NCBI GenBank assembly: GCA_964586365.1
Contig: CAZPGI010000001.1
Coordinates: 1 to 54,283, forward strand
Length of the DNA: 54,283 nt
Direction of reading: 5' to 3'
Source: an uncultured Candidatus Saccharibacteria bacterium
Lineage (GTDB): Bacteria; Patescibacteriota; Minisyncoccia; Minisyncoccales; Minisyncoccaceae
Positions 1-10,099 of the stretch are shown one piece after another. Every line of letters starts with the position of its first letter. Position 1 is the stretch's first letter. Under the pieces are notes generated by a model. That model was given only the letters and a program-made list of their open reading frames with translations, ran no database searches and was not told the origin of the DNA. A program made the position numbers and the translations under genes.

Positions 1-83
1 ATGATTATTCCTGAGAGGATGCCAATGATGACTACCACGACTAGAATCTCAATCAAGGTAAAAGATGCTTTGAGAGATTTCAT
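1..83 (-). CDS. Type IV pilin-like protein, N-terminal fragment (gene runs off the left edge)
   Basis: Reverse-strand ATG at 83-81 gives MKSLKASFTLIEILVVVVIIGILSGII. This is a short basic leader followed by FTLIE and a hydrophobic helix, i.e. the prepilin cleavage/methylation motif. Confidence 0.6.
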   Translation of the reverse strand, partial: MKSLKASFTLIEILVVVVIIGILSGII

Positions 84-130
84 ACTTGTTCTTTATTCAA
101 ATTAATTATTATCTTTAATCTATTCTAATT

Positions 131-1381
131 TTATCTTTTAATGAAAAGTTTGTCAAGCGTTTTTAAACCTTCAATTTCTTCTTTAACTACTTTTCTGTCG
201 TCCCAAGCCATTTTCTTGCCTTGAGCCAAACAAATCCAAGGCTCACAACCCTTGCCCGTTATTACCACCACATCTTTAGATTGAGCCAAAGACAAGGCCT
301 TCCTAATAGCTTCTCTTCTATCAAGAATCTTCATTGCCTTTGAAGAGCCTGAGCTTACTTCTTCAATTATCTTTAAAGGGTCTTCATTGTAAGGGTCTTC
401 GTTAGTGACAATAACAATATCTCCGTATTTATCAGCAATGTTTCCTAAAACAGGCCTCTTCCATTTATCTCTTCCCCCGCCGCAAGCTCCTAAAACGCAA
501 ATCAATCTTCCTTGTTTTGGTTTTAAGAACTGATAAACTTTTTCTAAAGCCACTGGAGTAAAAGCATAATCAACAAAAACTTGAAAAGGAAAAGAAACAA
601 TTTCTTCTAAACGGCCAGGCACTTGCTCTACTTTTTTAATTCCTCTTTGACAGATTTCTAAATCAATTCCTTGAGAAACAGCCAAAGCAATTCCAGCTAA
701 AAGATTGTAAACATTAAAATCTCCTAAAAGCTTTGATTCAAACTCTTTGCCCTTAACTTTAAATCTAGAACCAGAAGGAGAAACAGAAACATCCTCTGCC
801 TTTATCTCTGCCAAAACATTATCAATTCCATAAGTAATAATCCTTTTAGCTTTAAAAGATTGGAAATAGGGAGAATAACGATCATCTAAATTAATGATAT
901 GAATGTCTTTAACTGCTTTAAAAAGCTGGCCTTTTGCTTTTTTGTAGTTTTCAAATCCTCCGTGAGCTTCAATATGCTCTGGATTAAGATTAGTAATTAA
1001 AGCTACTTTGAAATCAATAAAGCGATGGCGATGCTGCTTAATGCCTTCAGAGGTGACTTCAATAATAGCATAATCGCATTTCTCTTTAACTGCTTTGCTT
1101 AAAAAAGATTGTAAAGCAAACCTTCCTGGCATAGTCATCTTCAGTTTGTTTTCCTCAACCTTGTTTCCTATCTTAAAAACAAGTGAAGAAGAAGCTGCTA
1201 CTTTGTATCCTGCTTCTTCTAAAATCTGAGTAGCAATGCTCACCACCGTAGACTTGCCATTAGTGCCAGTAATCCCAATGACTTTTATCTTCTTAGAAGG
1301 AAATTGATAAAAAAAAGCTGAGACAAAGGCAAGAAGAAAATGATAAGCGCTGACAAGAAAACTGGGAAGATATTGTTTCAT
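131..1381 (-). CDS. murE: Mur ligase, MurE-like (UDP-MurNAc-L-Ala-D-Glu:diamino acid ligase)
   Basis: P-loop GITGTNGKST. MurE-type motifs DYAFTPVALEKV (cf. DYAHTPDAL) and GACGGGRDKWKRP (cf. GCGGDRDKGKRP). Confidence 0.8.
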   Translation of the reverse strand: MKQYLPSFLVSAYHFLLAFVSAFFYQFPSKKIKVIGITGTNGKSTVVSIATQILEEAGYKVAASSSLVFKIGNKVEENKLKMTMPGRFALQSFLSKAVKEKCDYAIIEVTSEGIKQHRHRFIDFKVALITNLNPEHIEAHGGFENYKKAKGQLFKAVKDIHIINLDDRYSPYFQSFKAKRIITYGIDNVLAEIKAEDVSVSPSGSRFKVKGKEFESKLLGDFNVYNLLAGIALAVSQGIDLEICQRGIKKVEQVPGRLEEIVSFPFQVFVDYAFTPVALEKVYQFLKPKQGRLICVLGACGGGRDKWKRPVLGNIADKYGDIVIVTNEDPYNEDPLKIIEEVSSGSSKAMKILDRREAIRKALSLAQSKDVVVITGKGCEPWICLAQGKKMAWDDRKVVKEEIEGLKTLDKLFIKR

Positions 1382-1932
1382 TTTCCTAAAAACCTTAAAG
1401 CTTGCTTTATTCTTTCCTCTGTTTCTTTAACTTCTGAAGAGATATGGGAAAGGGCTTCCTCAATTTCTTCCTTAGAAAAACCTAGAGAAGAAAGAGCTTG
1501 GAAAACCTCGTCTCTTTTCTTTGGCTTAATGCTTTTCATCTCTTTAATCTGGCCAGAAATTTCTAAAAGGATTTTCTGGAGCTTTTTCTTGCCCACTCCT
1601 TTCACCTCTAAAGGCATTTCTCCTTTTTCTAAAACCTCTTTCAATTTTTCCAAAGAGCCAAAAACAGCCAAACTCATTGCTGTCTTTGGCCCAATACCAG
1701 GAACATGCTTTAAAGCTTTAAAAAGTTCTGCCTCCTCAAAAGATAAAAAGCCGTAAAGCTCAATATTCTTTTCTCCAATAAAAAGAAATGTGTAGAAATC
1801 TCTTTCTTCGCCTATCTTTAATTTTTTCAAAGCTGGTTCAGAGAGAAAAAGGTCAAAACCCAAACCTTGTCTTTCTACTATTGCTCTTTTTTCATCTTTG
1901 TAAATTACTTTGCCTGATAAAAAACTAATCAT
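1378..1932 (-). CDS. ruvA: Holliday junction branch-migration complex subunit RuvA
   Basis: MISFLSGKV... N-terminus, HhH motif LKHVPGIGPKTA and a C-terminal domain III. The start was moved to the internal ATG at 1932 (the ORF extends to 1968). Confidence 0.85.
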   Translation of the reverse strand: MISFLSGKVIYKDEKRAIVERQGLGFDLFLSEPALKKLKIGEERDFYTFLFIGEKNIELYGFLSFEEAELFKALKHVPGIGPKTAMSLAVFGSLEKLKEVLEKGEMPLEVKGVGKKKLQKILLEISGQIKEMKSIKPKKRDEVFQALSSLGFSKEEIEEALSHISSEVKETEERIKQALRFLGK

Positions 1933-1995
1933 TGTTCTCAGTATAGCTGGAGTCTTGAATAATTTCAAGAATTAGTGTATATATTTCATATATAT

Positions 1996-2268
1996 ATGCC
2001 AATTAAAAAATCAGCGAAAAAGCAGCTGAGACAAAGCTTAAAAAGGAAAAAGAATAATGAGTTGAAAAAGAAGCAGACAAAAGAGCTTTTAAAAAAGCTT
2101 TCTCTTTTAATTGAACAAGGCAAAACCGAAGAAGCTAAGCAAATGATTCCTCAGGTTTACCAAGCCATAGACAAAATGGCCAAAACTGGAATAATTAAAA
2201 AGAACACTGCTGCTAGAAGAAAATCTGTTTTTGCCAAAAGAGTTTTGTCAAAGGTCAAAAATCAATAA
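1996..2268 (+). CDS. rpsT: 30S ribosomal protein S20
   Basis: MPIKKSAKKQLRQSLKRKKNN... is a typical basic S20 N-terminus. ATG at 1996 inside the ORF 1975-2268. Confidence 0.85.
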   Translation: MPIKKSAKKQLRQSLKRKKNNELKKKQTKELLKKLSLLIEQGKTEEAKQMIPQVYQAIDKMAKTGIIKKNTAARRKSVFAKRVLSKVKNQ

Positions 2269-3168
2269 ATCTAGGGCTACTTCTGGATCAATTTTTCCAG
2301 TTTTAATGCCTAAATCTAAATCAAGAATCTTTTGATAAAGGTTTTTCAATTCTTCTAAGGAGAAGTGCTTGGCTTGAGCAAGAGAACGGTTTAAAACAAA
2401 AAAAGATAATTTCAATTGACTCAAGTTTTTTCCTTTTAAGCCCTTAACACTGATAAGGTTTCTCAGCTGGTAAGAAATCATAGAGAGGATATAGGAAGGA
2501 GAATCGCCATTTTCTAAATGACGCCTTATCAAACTAGCGGCCCTCTTTTTTTCTTTTTGAGCAATAGCGTCAATAGTAGAAAAGATATTAAAATCAATGA
2601 CCGGAAAAACCAATTCTTCTACTTGTTTTTCTTTTATTTCTTTACCTTGAGCATAATTAATCAATTTATCAATCTCTTTTTCCATTCTCCATAAATCATT
2701 GCCTACAAACTCAACCAATTTATTTAAAGCCCCCTCTTCTATTCTTGCTCCCCTGGCTTCAATTTCTTTATTTGTCCAATTTTTAACCTGTCCTAAGGTT
2801 AAAGGATTAAAACGTTCAATCTTTTTTGCCTTGCTTTTCAAAAAATTAAAAAACTTGTCATTGTTTGGAACATCTCCTTCTTGGTAAAGAACCAAAGTAT
2901 TGTCTGATTTAATAAACAACTCTCCTTGCTTTAAAAAATCGTCTTTAAAAGCAAAAGCATTGAATAAAACAAAAAGCTTTTTCTCTTTAAACATAGAAAT
3001 GCTTAAAAACTCGCCTTTCAGGTCGTTAAAATTAATTTCCTTTCCTGAAAAAACTTGAAAATTAAAACCACTTCTATTCTTTTCTTTGTAATCAGCAATT
3101 ACTTCTTTAAGCTTTCGTTTCATTCTGTATGTATCTGAACCGTAATAAAAAATAATCATTTTTGGCAC
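2248..3168 (-). CDS. holA: DNA polymerase III delta subunit
   Basis: About 300 aa with an IIFYYGSDTY start and overall delta-subunit architecture. The family is divergent, so the call rests on length and pattern. Confidence 0.65.
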   Translation of the reverse strand: MPKMIIFYYGSDTYRMKRKLKEVIADYKEKNRSGFNFQVFSGKEINFNDLKGEFLSISMFKEKKLFVLFNAFAFKDDFLKQGELFIKSDNTLVLYQEGDVPNNDKFFNFLKSKAKKIERFNPLTLGQVKNWTNKEIEARGARIEEGALNKLVEFVGNDLWRMEKEIDKLINYAQGKEIKEKQVEELVFPVIDFNIFSTIDAIAQKEKKRAASLIRRHLENGDSPSYILSMISYQLRNLISVKGLKGKNLSQLKLSFFVLNRSLAQAKHFSLEELKNLYQKILDLDLGIKTGKIDPEVALDLLIFDL

Positions 3169-4010
3169 AAAGGACAGAAGAAAGAACTTCTTCCTCCCTG
3201 TTTTATTCTTTTAATCTTGCTCTGGCAAGCTGGACATTTTTCTTTTTGATAAACTTTGGCAAAATCTTGATATCCGCCTTTTTCTCCAGAGACTTTTCTG
3301 AAATCAGAAAAACTATCTCCTTGCAGCTTTATCGCTTTGTTTAATACTTTCCTCATCGCCAGCCAAAGATTCTTCAATTCTTCTTCTTTAATGTTCCGTG
3401 CTTCTCTAGTTGGAGCAATTTTTGCTTCCCAAAGAATTTCATTGGCATAAATATTGCCAATGCCAGCCAGAAAAGCTTGGTCCATTAAAACTTGCTTGAT
3501 TTTTCCTTTTTTCTTAGAAAGAATATTTTGGAATTGCTGAAAACCAACAGTTAAAGGGTCTGGTCCCAGCTTCTTCAAGCTTTTTTCCAGCTCTTTTGTT
3601 TTCCATAATTCAATTTTGGCAAACTTTCTTAAATCAGACAAGGCTATATCCAAACCATTGTTTAAAAAAAATAGGGCTCGAATAAATTGATTCATCGGAT
3701 CTTCTCGCAAAGCTCCTTTTCCCCGAGCTACCCATTTTTCTCCTTGCCTTTCCCATTTTCCCAACAAAAGATGACCGCTTATCTTTTGATGAATCAATAA
3801 AGAATAATCATCGCTTAAATTAAAAACTATGTTCTTTCCCCAACGGACAACATTTTCAATTCTCTTGCCTTTTATCTTTTTCTTAAACTCAGGGAAAAAA
3901 GGTTTTTTAAAAAGCCTGGGCGAATCTGTCCAGACATCAAGAAAAACTGCTCCTTTAACTTTTCCTTTCAAGCCATTGACAATTGTTTCTACTTCCGGCA
4001 GTTCAGGCAT
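3156..4010 (-). CDS. mutM: Formamidopyrimidine-DNA glycosylase
   Basis: Catalytic N-terminus MPELPEVETI. C-terminal zinc finger CPACQ...FFCPLCQ. Confidence 0.9.
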   Translation of the reverse strand: MPELPEVETIVNGLKGKVKGAVFLDVWTDSPRLFKKPFFPEFKKKIKGKRIENVVRWGKNIVFNLSDDYSLLIHQKISGHLLLGKWERQGEKWVARGKGALREDPMNQFIRALFFLNNGLDIALSDLRKFAKIELWKTKELEKSLKKLGPDPLTVGFQQFQNILSKKKGKIKQVLMDQAFLAGIGNIYANEILWEAKIAPTREARNIKEEELKNLWLAMRKVLNKAIKLQGDSFSDFRKVSGEKGGYQDFAKVYQKEKCPACQSKIKRIKQGGRSSFFCPLCQK

Positions 4011-4011
4011 T

Positions 4012-4380
4012 TTAACCTAAAACCATTTGCAGTTTATTAACAATTTCCTGAGGAGTAAAATGAGCTTTGACTAGAAAATCCTTAGCTCCCAGCTTCAGGC
4101 CTTTTTCAATGTCTTCCTTTTGACCAAGATTAGAAAGAATAATCACGGGAATATCGCTGATTTCTGGGTCTTTTTGTCGTTTCTCCAAAACTTCAAAGCC
4201 ATTAATACCCGGCAACATTAAATCAAGTAAAACAATATCCGGCTTTTCCTTCTTCGTTTTTTCCAATCCTTCTTCGCCATCAACTGCCAAAACAACTGCA
4301 TAGCCAGCGCTAGTTAACTTCTTTCCTAAAAGCTCTCTTAGAAATTTATCATCTTCAATGATTAAAACTTTCTTGCTCAT
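4012..4380 (-). CDS. Response regulator, receiver domain only (CheY-like)
   Basis: 122 aa with KVLIIEDD, the phospho-acceptor context DIVLLDLMLPG, and a conserved K in LVKAHF. No output domain. Confidence 0.85.
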   Translation of the reverse strand: MSKKVLIIEDDKFLRELLGKKLTSAGYAVVLAVDGEEGLEKTKKEKPDIVLLDLMLPGINGFEVLEKRQKDPEISDIPVIILSNLGQKEDIEKGLKLGAKDFLVKAHFTPQEIVNKLQMVLG

Positions 4381-4413
4381 ATTTTGTATTTTACACCTAA
4401 TTTAAAAAATTGT

Positions 4414-5580
4414 CTATGAGGCGAAAGGAAGAGTAAAGTAAAAAGTTGTACCTTCCCCTTCTTTTGATTCAAACCAAATCTTTCCTTTGTGCGACTCAAT
4501 AATATTCTTGGTAGTATACAAGCCCAAGCCAGAACCTTCGGTTTCCAATCGAACAACATTGCTGCCGCGGAAGAACTTTGAGAAAATTCTATCTTGCTGG
4601 TCTTGAGGAATACCTACTCCGCTGTCAGCAATTTTAAAAAACGCTTGATTGCCATTTTTGCTTAAAGTAATTGTTACTTTTCCGCCCGCTGGAGTGTATT
4701 TAATAGCATTGTCTACCAGGTTTTGAACAGCTATTCCTATTTTTTCTTTATCAACCATTATTGGAGACAAAAGCTCTTTCGGCCTTTCTATCTTTATCTT
4801 TATATTCTTCAAACTAGCTGTTTCTTTTAATCCTTCAACTACTTGGCCGACAATATCTTCTAATTGAGTTGGCTCTAATTGATAAAGAAACCTTCCTTCT
4901 TCAATTCTGGTTACGTTCAGCAAATCATTGATTAAAGCTATCATTCTTTCATTGCTTTGATAAGTTTTCTCCAACAAATCTCTTTGCTCTGGAGTAATTT
5001 CTCCTACATCTCCATCCAAAATCATACGCAAGGTCCATTTAATGGCTGACAAAGGGGTTCTTAGTTGATGAGCAGCAATGGAAACAAACTCTGTCTTCAT
5101 TCTTTCTACAAGTTTATCTCGGGAAATATCGTGAAGAATAATTAAGCTTCCTTTTTTATCTCCGGTTTTAAAATGAGAAACAGTTACCTCTAAAAACAAG
5201 CTTTCTCCTAATTTTATTTCTTGACGGAAAATACTTTTAATTCCTTTCTCTTTGTCTTCTTTTAAAATGTCTTGCAAGAGTTTAAGATTAACTTTGGGAG
5301 AAGTAATTTCAAAAATACTTTTTCCTAAAAGTTCTTCTTCTTTCTGACCCAAAAATGTTTCAACCAAAGGACTGATAATTTCTATCCGATTGTTTTCATC
5401 AAGAACCAAAAGGCCATCAGTAAAGTTTTTAATTATAGCTAAAGATTTATTCCTCTCGTTTATCGCCTGCAACCTTGCCTCTTCTTTATCTTCTAAGATA
5501 TTCAAAAAAGCCAGTCTGATTTTGTGCAGTTCTTCTTCTTTCTTTTGCAATTCTTCTTCTTGTTTTAAACTTTCATCCAT
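4414..5580 (-). CDS. Sensor histidine kinase (coiled coil + PAS + HisKA + HATPase_c), no TM segment
   Basis: H-box AAHQLRTPLSAI, N-box DNAIKYT, G1 DSGVGI, G2 GSGLGL. Confidence 0.85.
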   Translation of the reverse strand: MDESLKQEEELQKKEEELHKIRLAFLNILEDKEEARLQAINERNKSLAIIKNFTDGLLVLDENNRIEIISPLVETFLGQKEEELLGKSIFEITSPKVNLKLLQDILKEDKEKGIKSIFRQEIKLGESLFLEVTVSHFKTGDKKGSLIILHDISRDKLVERMKTEFVSIAAHQLRTPLSAIKWTLRMILDGDVGEITPEQRDLLEKTYQSNERMIALINDLLNVTRIEEGRFLYQLEPTQLEDIVGQVVEGLKETASLKNIKIKIERPKELLSPIMVDKEKIGIAVQNLVDNAIKYTPAGGKVTITLSKNGNQAFFKIADSGVGIPQDQQDRIFSKFFRGSNVVRLETEGSGLGLYTTKNIIESHKGKIWFESKEGEGTTFYFTLPFAS

Positions 5581-5589
5581 AAATATATT

Positions 5590-6492
5590 TTACCATAATT
5601 TTAGATTCGCGCCAGAGCTTTCTTCCAAACCAGGGATTTTTTTGACTAAACTTTTAAAACCAAGCTCTTCTAAGATTTGCTTAGCTTGCTGAGGGTCATA
5701 CTTTCCCCACTCATAGTCTTTCAAAGAAACATTTAAAGGGACATCTCTTTTTATCTCAGCCAGCTTTTTACTTAAAAAAGCCATTTCTTGGCCAGCCAAA
5801 AGCTTGGCTCTGGTTTTTTCCTCTATTCTTGGATCATTAATATTTTGATAAAGATTTTCAATTGTTTTAAAATTCTTAATCAATCCCAAAGCCGTCTTTT
5901 CACCGATTCCTTTAACTCCGGGAATATTGTCTGAAGGGTCTCCCCGCAAAGCCTTAAAGTCAATAAGCTCTTTTTCGCTTAATCCTTCATATTTTTTCTT
6001 AACCAAATCTTGATTATACAAAACAGCTTCTTTTACTCCTCTGTTTAAAAAGTAAACATTGGTATGGTCATTTACTAATTGCAAAGTGTCCAAATCGCCA
6101 GAAACAATAATGTTCTTAACTTTTCCTGAAGACAAAGAAGCTAAAGTGCCAATAATATCGTCTCCTTCAAAACCTGGCTTTTCGCAAAAAGGAATATCAA
6201 AAACCTTTAAAACTTCTTTTAGTTTAGGAATTTGGTCATAAAACTCTTGAGGCGGTTTCTTTCTTTTTGCTTTATACTCCTCATAGGCTTGTTTTCTAAA
6301 AGTCGGCTCAGCCAAATCAAAACAAACAGCTAGACAACAAGGATTAAACTCATTAATAACTTTCATTAAAACTAAAAGAAAACCATAAATAGCGTTAACC
6401 AATTCTCCTTTTTTGTTTTTCAATAAAGGCAAAGCATGAAAGGCTCGATGTAAAACTGAATTGGCGTCAATGATAACAAAATTATCAGCCAT
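5590..6492 (-). CDS. Stand-alone 5'-3' exonuclease (Pol I N-terminal/FEN-like domain)
   Basis: IIDANSVLHRAFHALP, GFEGDDIIG and GDPSDNIPGVKGIGEKTA motifs. No polymerase domain follows. Confidence 0.85.
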   Translation of the reverse strand: MADNFVIIDANSVLHRAFHALPLLKNKKGELVNAIYGFLLVLMKVINEFNPCCLAVCFDLAEPTFRKQAYEEYKAKRKKPPQEFYDQIPKLKEVLKVFDIPFCEKPGFEGDDIIGTLASLSSGKVKNIIVSGDLDTLQLVNDHTNVYFLNRGVKEAVLYNQDLVKKKYEGLSEKELIDFKALRGDPSDNIPGVKGIGEKTALGLIKNFKTIENLYQNINDPRIEEKTRAKLLAGQEMAFLSKKLAEIKRDVPLNVSLKDYEWGKYDPQQAKQILEELGFKSLVKKIPGLEESSGANLKLW

Positions 6493-6919
6493 AAATTATC
6501 TTTCTTTTATCTCCTTCCAAAATCTTAAAAATTATTATTAAAACTTCTCGAGGAAGGATCTTTTTAATCTTTTCTGGCCATTCAATGGCTATAATGTTTT
6601 TAGGATCAGAAACAATTTCCTTAAATCCTAATGCCTCTATTTCTTTAAAATCATTTATCCGATAGCAATCAAAATGATAAAAGTTCTTAAAGCAAGCAGA
6701 CCTTATTCTAAGCTTATTGAAAATGATAAAGGTAGGACTGAGAACTTTTTTCTTAATCTTAAGTCCTTGAGCAAACCCTTGAAGAAAAGTTGTTTTGCCG
6801 GCCCCTAATTCACCCTTAAGGGCAATGATTCTTCTTTTTTCTTTGCCAGACAAAATTTGCTCAGCCAGTCTTTGACCAGCTTGCTTAGTTTCTGAAGCAC
6901 TCAAAGAGATAATTTCCAT
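6485..6919 (-). CDS. tsaE: tRNA t6A biosynthesis ATPase TsaE
   Basis: GELGAGKTTFLQGF P-loop, SPTF and FYHFDCYR signature, about 140 aa. Confidence 0.8.
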   Translation of the reverse strand: MEIISLSASETKQAGQRLAEQILSGKEKRRIIALKGELGAGKTTFLQGFAQGLKIKKKVLSPTFIIFNKLRIRSACFKNFYHFDCYRINDFKEIEALGFKEIVSDPKNIIAIEWPEKIKKILPREVLIIIFKILEGDKRKIIYG

Positions 6920-7089
6920 ATTTCCAGATTATATCCAATTTAAACAATAAAGGCAACTTAAATACTTTTTTTCGTATTTCTAAAAGAATAATTCGGTTAG
7001 CATTTATTCCTACATCACTCAGTTTCAATCCTTGCATTTTCTTAATTTATAAGTTATTCTTAAAATATAATTTTAAATTAAATTATTAT

Positions 7090-7626
7090 ATGCTCAACAA
7101 AACAAAGCTCACCGTTTTATCTGCTTTTTCTTCGCTGGGAATATTTTTTGCTTCTATCGCTCAAGCTGTTTGTCCGGTTTGTACGGTAGGCGTAATTGCT
7201 GGTCTAGGGCTCGCCCGCTGGCTAAAAATAGATGACACCATTACTGGACTATGGCTTGGAGGAGCAACTGTTCTTTTGATTATGTGGACATTTGTTTTCT
7301 TTGATAAAAAGAATATCAAGTTTCCAGGAAGAAATATAATTACCATTATTGTTTATTACGCTCTTGTTTTCTGGCCTCTTCGCTCTTTAGAAATAATTGG
7401 CCACGAACAACACACAATTTGGGGAATGGATAAATTAATATTTTCAATAGTTTTAGGAAGTATTTCTTTGTTTGGATTTGAAAGATGGTATCGTCAGATG
7501 CGGGCCAAAAGAGGGAAATCTCTCTTCCGCTACCAAAAAATTGTTTGGCCAATTTTACCTTTAATTATTTTATCTATTTTCTTTTATTACGTTACTAAAC
7601 ACCAGCTGTTTTGTTGCTATCAATAA
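7090..7626 (+). CDS. Hypothetical polytopic membrane protein with an N-terminal CPVC motif
   Basis: Multiple hydrophobic helices. The ORF is followed by an intrinsic terminator. No family recognised. Confidence 0.5.
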   Translation: MLNKTKLTVLSAFSSLGIFFASIAQAVCPVCTVGVIAGLGLARWLKIDDTITGLWLGGATVLLIMWTFVFFDKKNIKFPGRNIITIIVYYALVFWPLRSLEIIGHEQHTIWGMDKLIFSIVLGSISLFGFERWYRQMRAKRGKSLFRYQKIVWPILPLIILSIFFYYVTKHQLFCCYQ

Positions 7627-7646
7627 CCGTCTCTTGGACGGTTTTT
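7625..7646 (+). terminator. Rho-independent terminator
   Basis: aaccgtc-tcttg-gacggtt (7-bp stem) followed by a T-run, overlapping the stop codon of the 7090-7626 gene. Confidence 0.55.
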
Positions 7647-7702
7647 GCTTATCAATGAATCAATTGACTTTTCCTTTGAAATAAAGTAACTTGAAGGAAA
7701 TT

Positions 7703-8794
7703 ATGGATGATTTTTCTAAGGCAAAAGATATTATAGACAATTCTAAAAACGTTGTCATTGTCAGCAATAAAGAAGATTTTGGACAAGACGCTTTAGGGGC
7801 AGCAACAGGCACCTTTTTTGCTCTTAAAAACAAAAAGAGTGTCTTTGCTCCCAGAGACAAAAACCCTGAAGAACTGGTCGGTTTTTTAAAAGAAACCGCT
7901 GAACGCAAAAAATTCGTAGTCTCTTTTAGCAATGAAGTCTCCGAAGTCTTTTACGAAAAAAGGGGCAATGGCCTTGATCTTTATCTCGTCCCCAAAAACA
8001 TTAATGATGTTGACCTTAAAAACTTTTCTTGCAAAATAGTTTCTGACAAAGAACAAGACCCTCTTTCCTCTCCTCCTGTTTTTGATACTGTTATTGCTTT
8101 TAATATTAATTCCTTTCAAGAATTGGAAAACTACTTTGAAGAAGATATTGGCTCTATTTATCAATGCGCTGTTATTAATATCAGTAATAAACCAGGGAAT
8201 GAAAACTACGGAGAAGTTAATCTCATTGACGAAAAATCTTCTCTTTCTGAAAAAGTGGTTTTACTCTTAGAAACTGCTCAAGCTGAAATCAACGAAAAAG
8301 CAGCCAGTTTTCTTTTGTGGGGAATTGCTTCTTCTCTTAAATCTTTTAAAACTCCTCAAGCCCTGGGAATTATTAAAAAACTGGTGCAAGAAGGAGGCCA
8401 TTTTTATTCCAATCGTCCCGGAGAAGAGTCTAGGAGAAAAATTGCTCTTTTTGAAAAAACCATTAAAAACCTTTGCCTTTGGAAAAAACACAACCTCTAT
8501 TTCTCTGCCCTCTCGGATAATGATATTAAAGACATTGGTTCAACTTCTTCTGATTTAAGCTTTGTGGTGGAAAAAATGAAAAACCTCTTCCTTCTTCCTT
8601 CTTTTGTCTTGTTTTGGGAAAGCAAATCTTCTCCTTTAACAGTTAAAGGCGTTTTTTATTCTGACCAAAAAGAAGTCATTGATAAAATTAAAAATGCTTA
8701 TCAAGGCAATTTTAAAGGCCAAGGCGGAATCTTTATTACTGGAAAACAAGACTTAGGTTCAGCTAAAAAAGAATTAATCAGTTTGTTTAAATAA
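7703..8794 (+). CDS. Hypothetical protein, possibly a degenerate DHH/NrnA-like fold
   Basis: The N-terminus IIDNSKNVVIVSNKEDFGQDALGAATGTFFALK resembles the DHH motif I-II region, but the catalytic H/D residues are replaced. ATG at 7703 with gaagga upstream (the ORF track starts at TTG 7691). Confidence 0.35.
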   Translation: MDDFSKAKDIIDNSKNVVIVSNKEDFGQDALGAATGTFFALKNKKSVFAPRDKNPEELVGFLKETAERKKFVVSFSNEVSEVFYEKRGNGLDLYLVPKNINDVDLKNFSCKIVSDKEQDPLSSPPVFDTVIAFNINSFQELENYFEEDIGSIYQCAVINISNKPGNENYGEVNLIDEKSSLSEKVVLLLETAQAEINEKAASFLLWGIASSLKSFKTPQALGIIKKLVQEGGHFYSNRPGEESRRKIALFEKTIKNLCLWKKHNLYFSALSDNDIKDIGSTSSDLSFVVEKMKNLFLLPSFVLFWESKSSPLTVKGVFYSDQKEVIDKIKNAYQGNFKGQGGIFITGKQDLGSAKKELISLFK

Positions 8795-8797
8795 TTT

Positions 8798-10099
8798 ATG
8801 GAAATAACAGGAAAATTAGAACTAGACTTAGGATTTTTGTTCCAAGCTGACAGAAAGTTTAAAAATATTCCCAGCTATATCCAAGCCATAAACGAAGCTT
8901 CAACCAAAGATACTAGTGAGTTTGTTAAAACCATTATGGCTGGCGCTATTTTCCTTGATGCTTCTGACTTGCATCTAGAAGCAGAAGAGAATGGCGGGGC
9001 ATTAAGGATAAGAATTGATGGCTTGCTTCAAAATGTCTATACTTTCAGCTTTGTTGCTTATCAGTCCTTAATTTCTAGAATAAAGCTTCTTTCTCAAATG
9101 AAATTAAATATTGAAAAAAAACCGCAAGACGGCAGATTTACTGTGATTATAGAAAACAATGAAAAGCCAGAAGAAATAGAAATAAGAGCATCCACTCTTC
9201 CCTCTGAATATGGAGAAACCATTGTAATGAGAATTCTTAATCCTAAGAGTTTAATTGATTTAGAGCAATTGGGGTTAAGAAAAGATCTTTACCAAACTTT
9301 TATTGAACAAGTGCAAAAACCAAATGGAATGATTATTGTTACTGGGCCAACTGGTTCTGGTAAAACTACCACCTTGTATGCTTTTTTAAAAAAGATTAAA
9401 AATCCGGAGATAAAAATAGTAACCATTGAAGACCCTATTGAATATCGACTGGAAGGAATTTCTCAAACTCAAGTTGACCCTAAGCGAGGCTATGATTTTG
9501 CTTCTGGTTTAAGGTCAATCGTCCGTCAAGACCCTGATGTAATCTTAGTGGGAGAAATTAGAGATTTAGAAACAGCCAGCATTGCTCTCCAAGCAGCTCT
9601 AACCGGACATTTAGTTTTCAGTACCCTGCATACTAATGACGCTGCCGGCACAGTTTCCCGTCTTCAGGCTTTAGGAGAAAAACCAGTAAACATTGCTCCT
9701 GCCTTAAACATGATTGTCGCTCAAAGGCTGGTTAGAAAAGTTTGCCCTTATTGCGGCCGACCTCAAACCATTCCTTCGGCCATGTTTAAAGAAATGCAAG
9801 AAGCTTTTAAGAACCTTCCAGCTGGAGCAGATGCCCCAAAACTTGACCCAAAAGCAACAATTCTTTTCTCTAAGGGCTGTAATGCTTGCAATAATACTGG
9901 CTATAAAGGAAGAATAGGCATTTTTGAAGCTTTTGTCGTTGATAATGAAGCTGAAGATTTTATTCTCACCTCTCCGTCTTCTTCAGCTCTCGCCAAGTTT
10001 GCTGTTAGTAAAGGAATGACCACAATGAAACAAGATGGATATATAAAAGTATTAAATAAAATAACGACTATGGAAGAAGTTAAAAAAGCAGTAGGATAA
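8798..10099 (+). CDS. GspE/PilB-family secretion ATPase (type IV pilus / T2SS-type)
   Basis: Walker A GPTGSGKTTT, Asp box DPIEY, Walker B DPDVILVGEIRD, His box TGHLVFSTLHTND, and a tetracysteine cluster CPYC...CNACN. Confidence 0.85.
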   Translation: MEITGKLELDLGFLFQADRKFKNIPSYIQAINEASTKDTSEFVKTIMAGAIFLDASDLHLEAEENGGALRIRIDGLLQNVYTFSFVAYQSLISRIKLLSQMKLNIEKKPQDGRFTVIIENNEKPEEIEIRASTLPSEYGETIVMRILNPKSLIDLEQLGLRKDLYQTFIEQVQKPNGMIIVTGPTGSGKTTTLYAFLKKIKNPEIKIVTIEDPIEYRLEGISQTQVDPKRGYDFASGLRSIVRQDPDVILVGEIRDLETASIALQAALTGHLVFSTLHTNDAAGTVSRLQALGEKPVNIAPALNMIVAQRLVRKVCPYCGRPQTIPSAMFKEMQEAFKNLPAGADAPKLDPKATILFSKGCNACNNTGYKGRIGIFEAFVVDNEAEDFILTSPSSSALAKFAVSKGMTTMKQDGYIKVLNKITTMEEVKKAVG

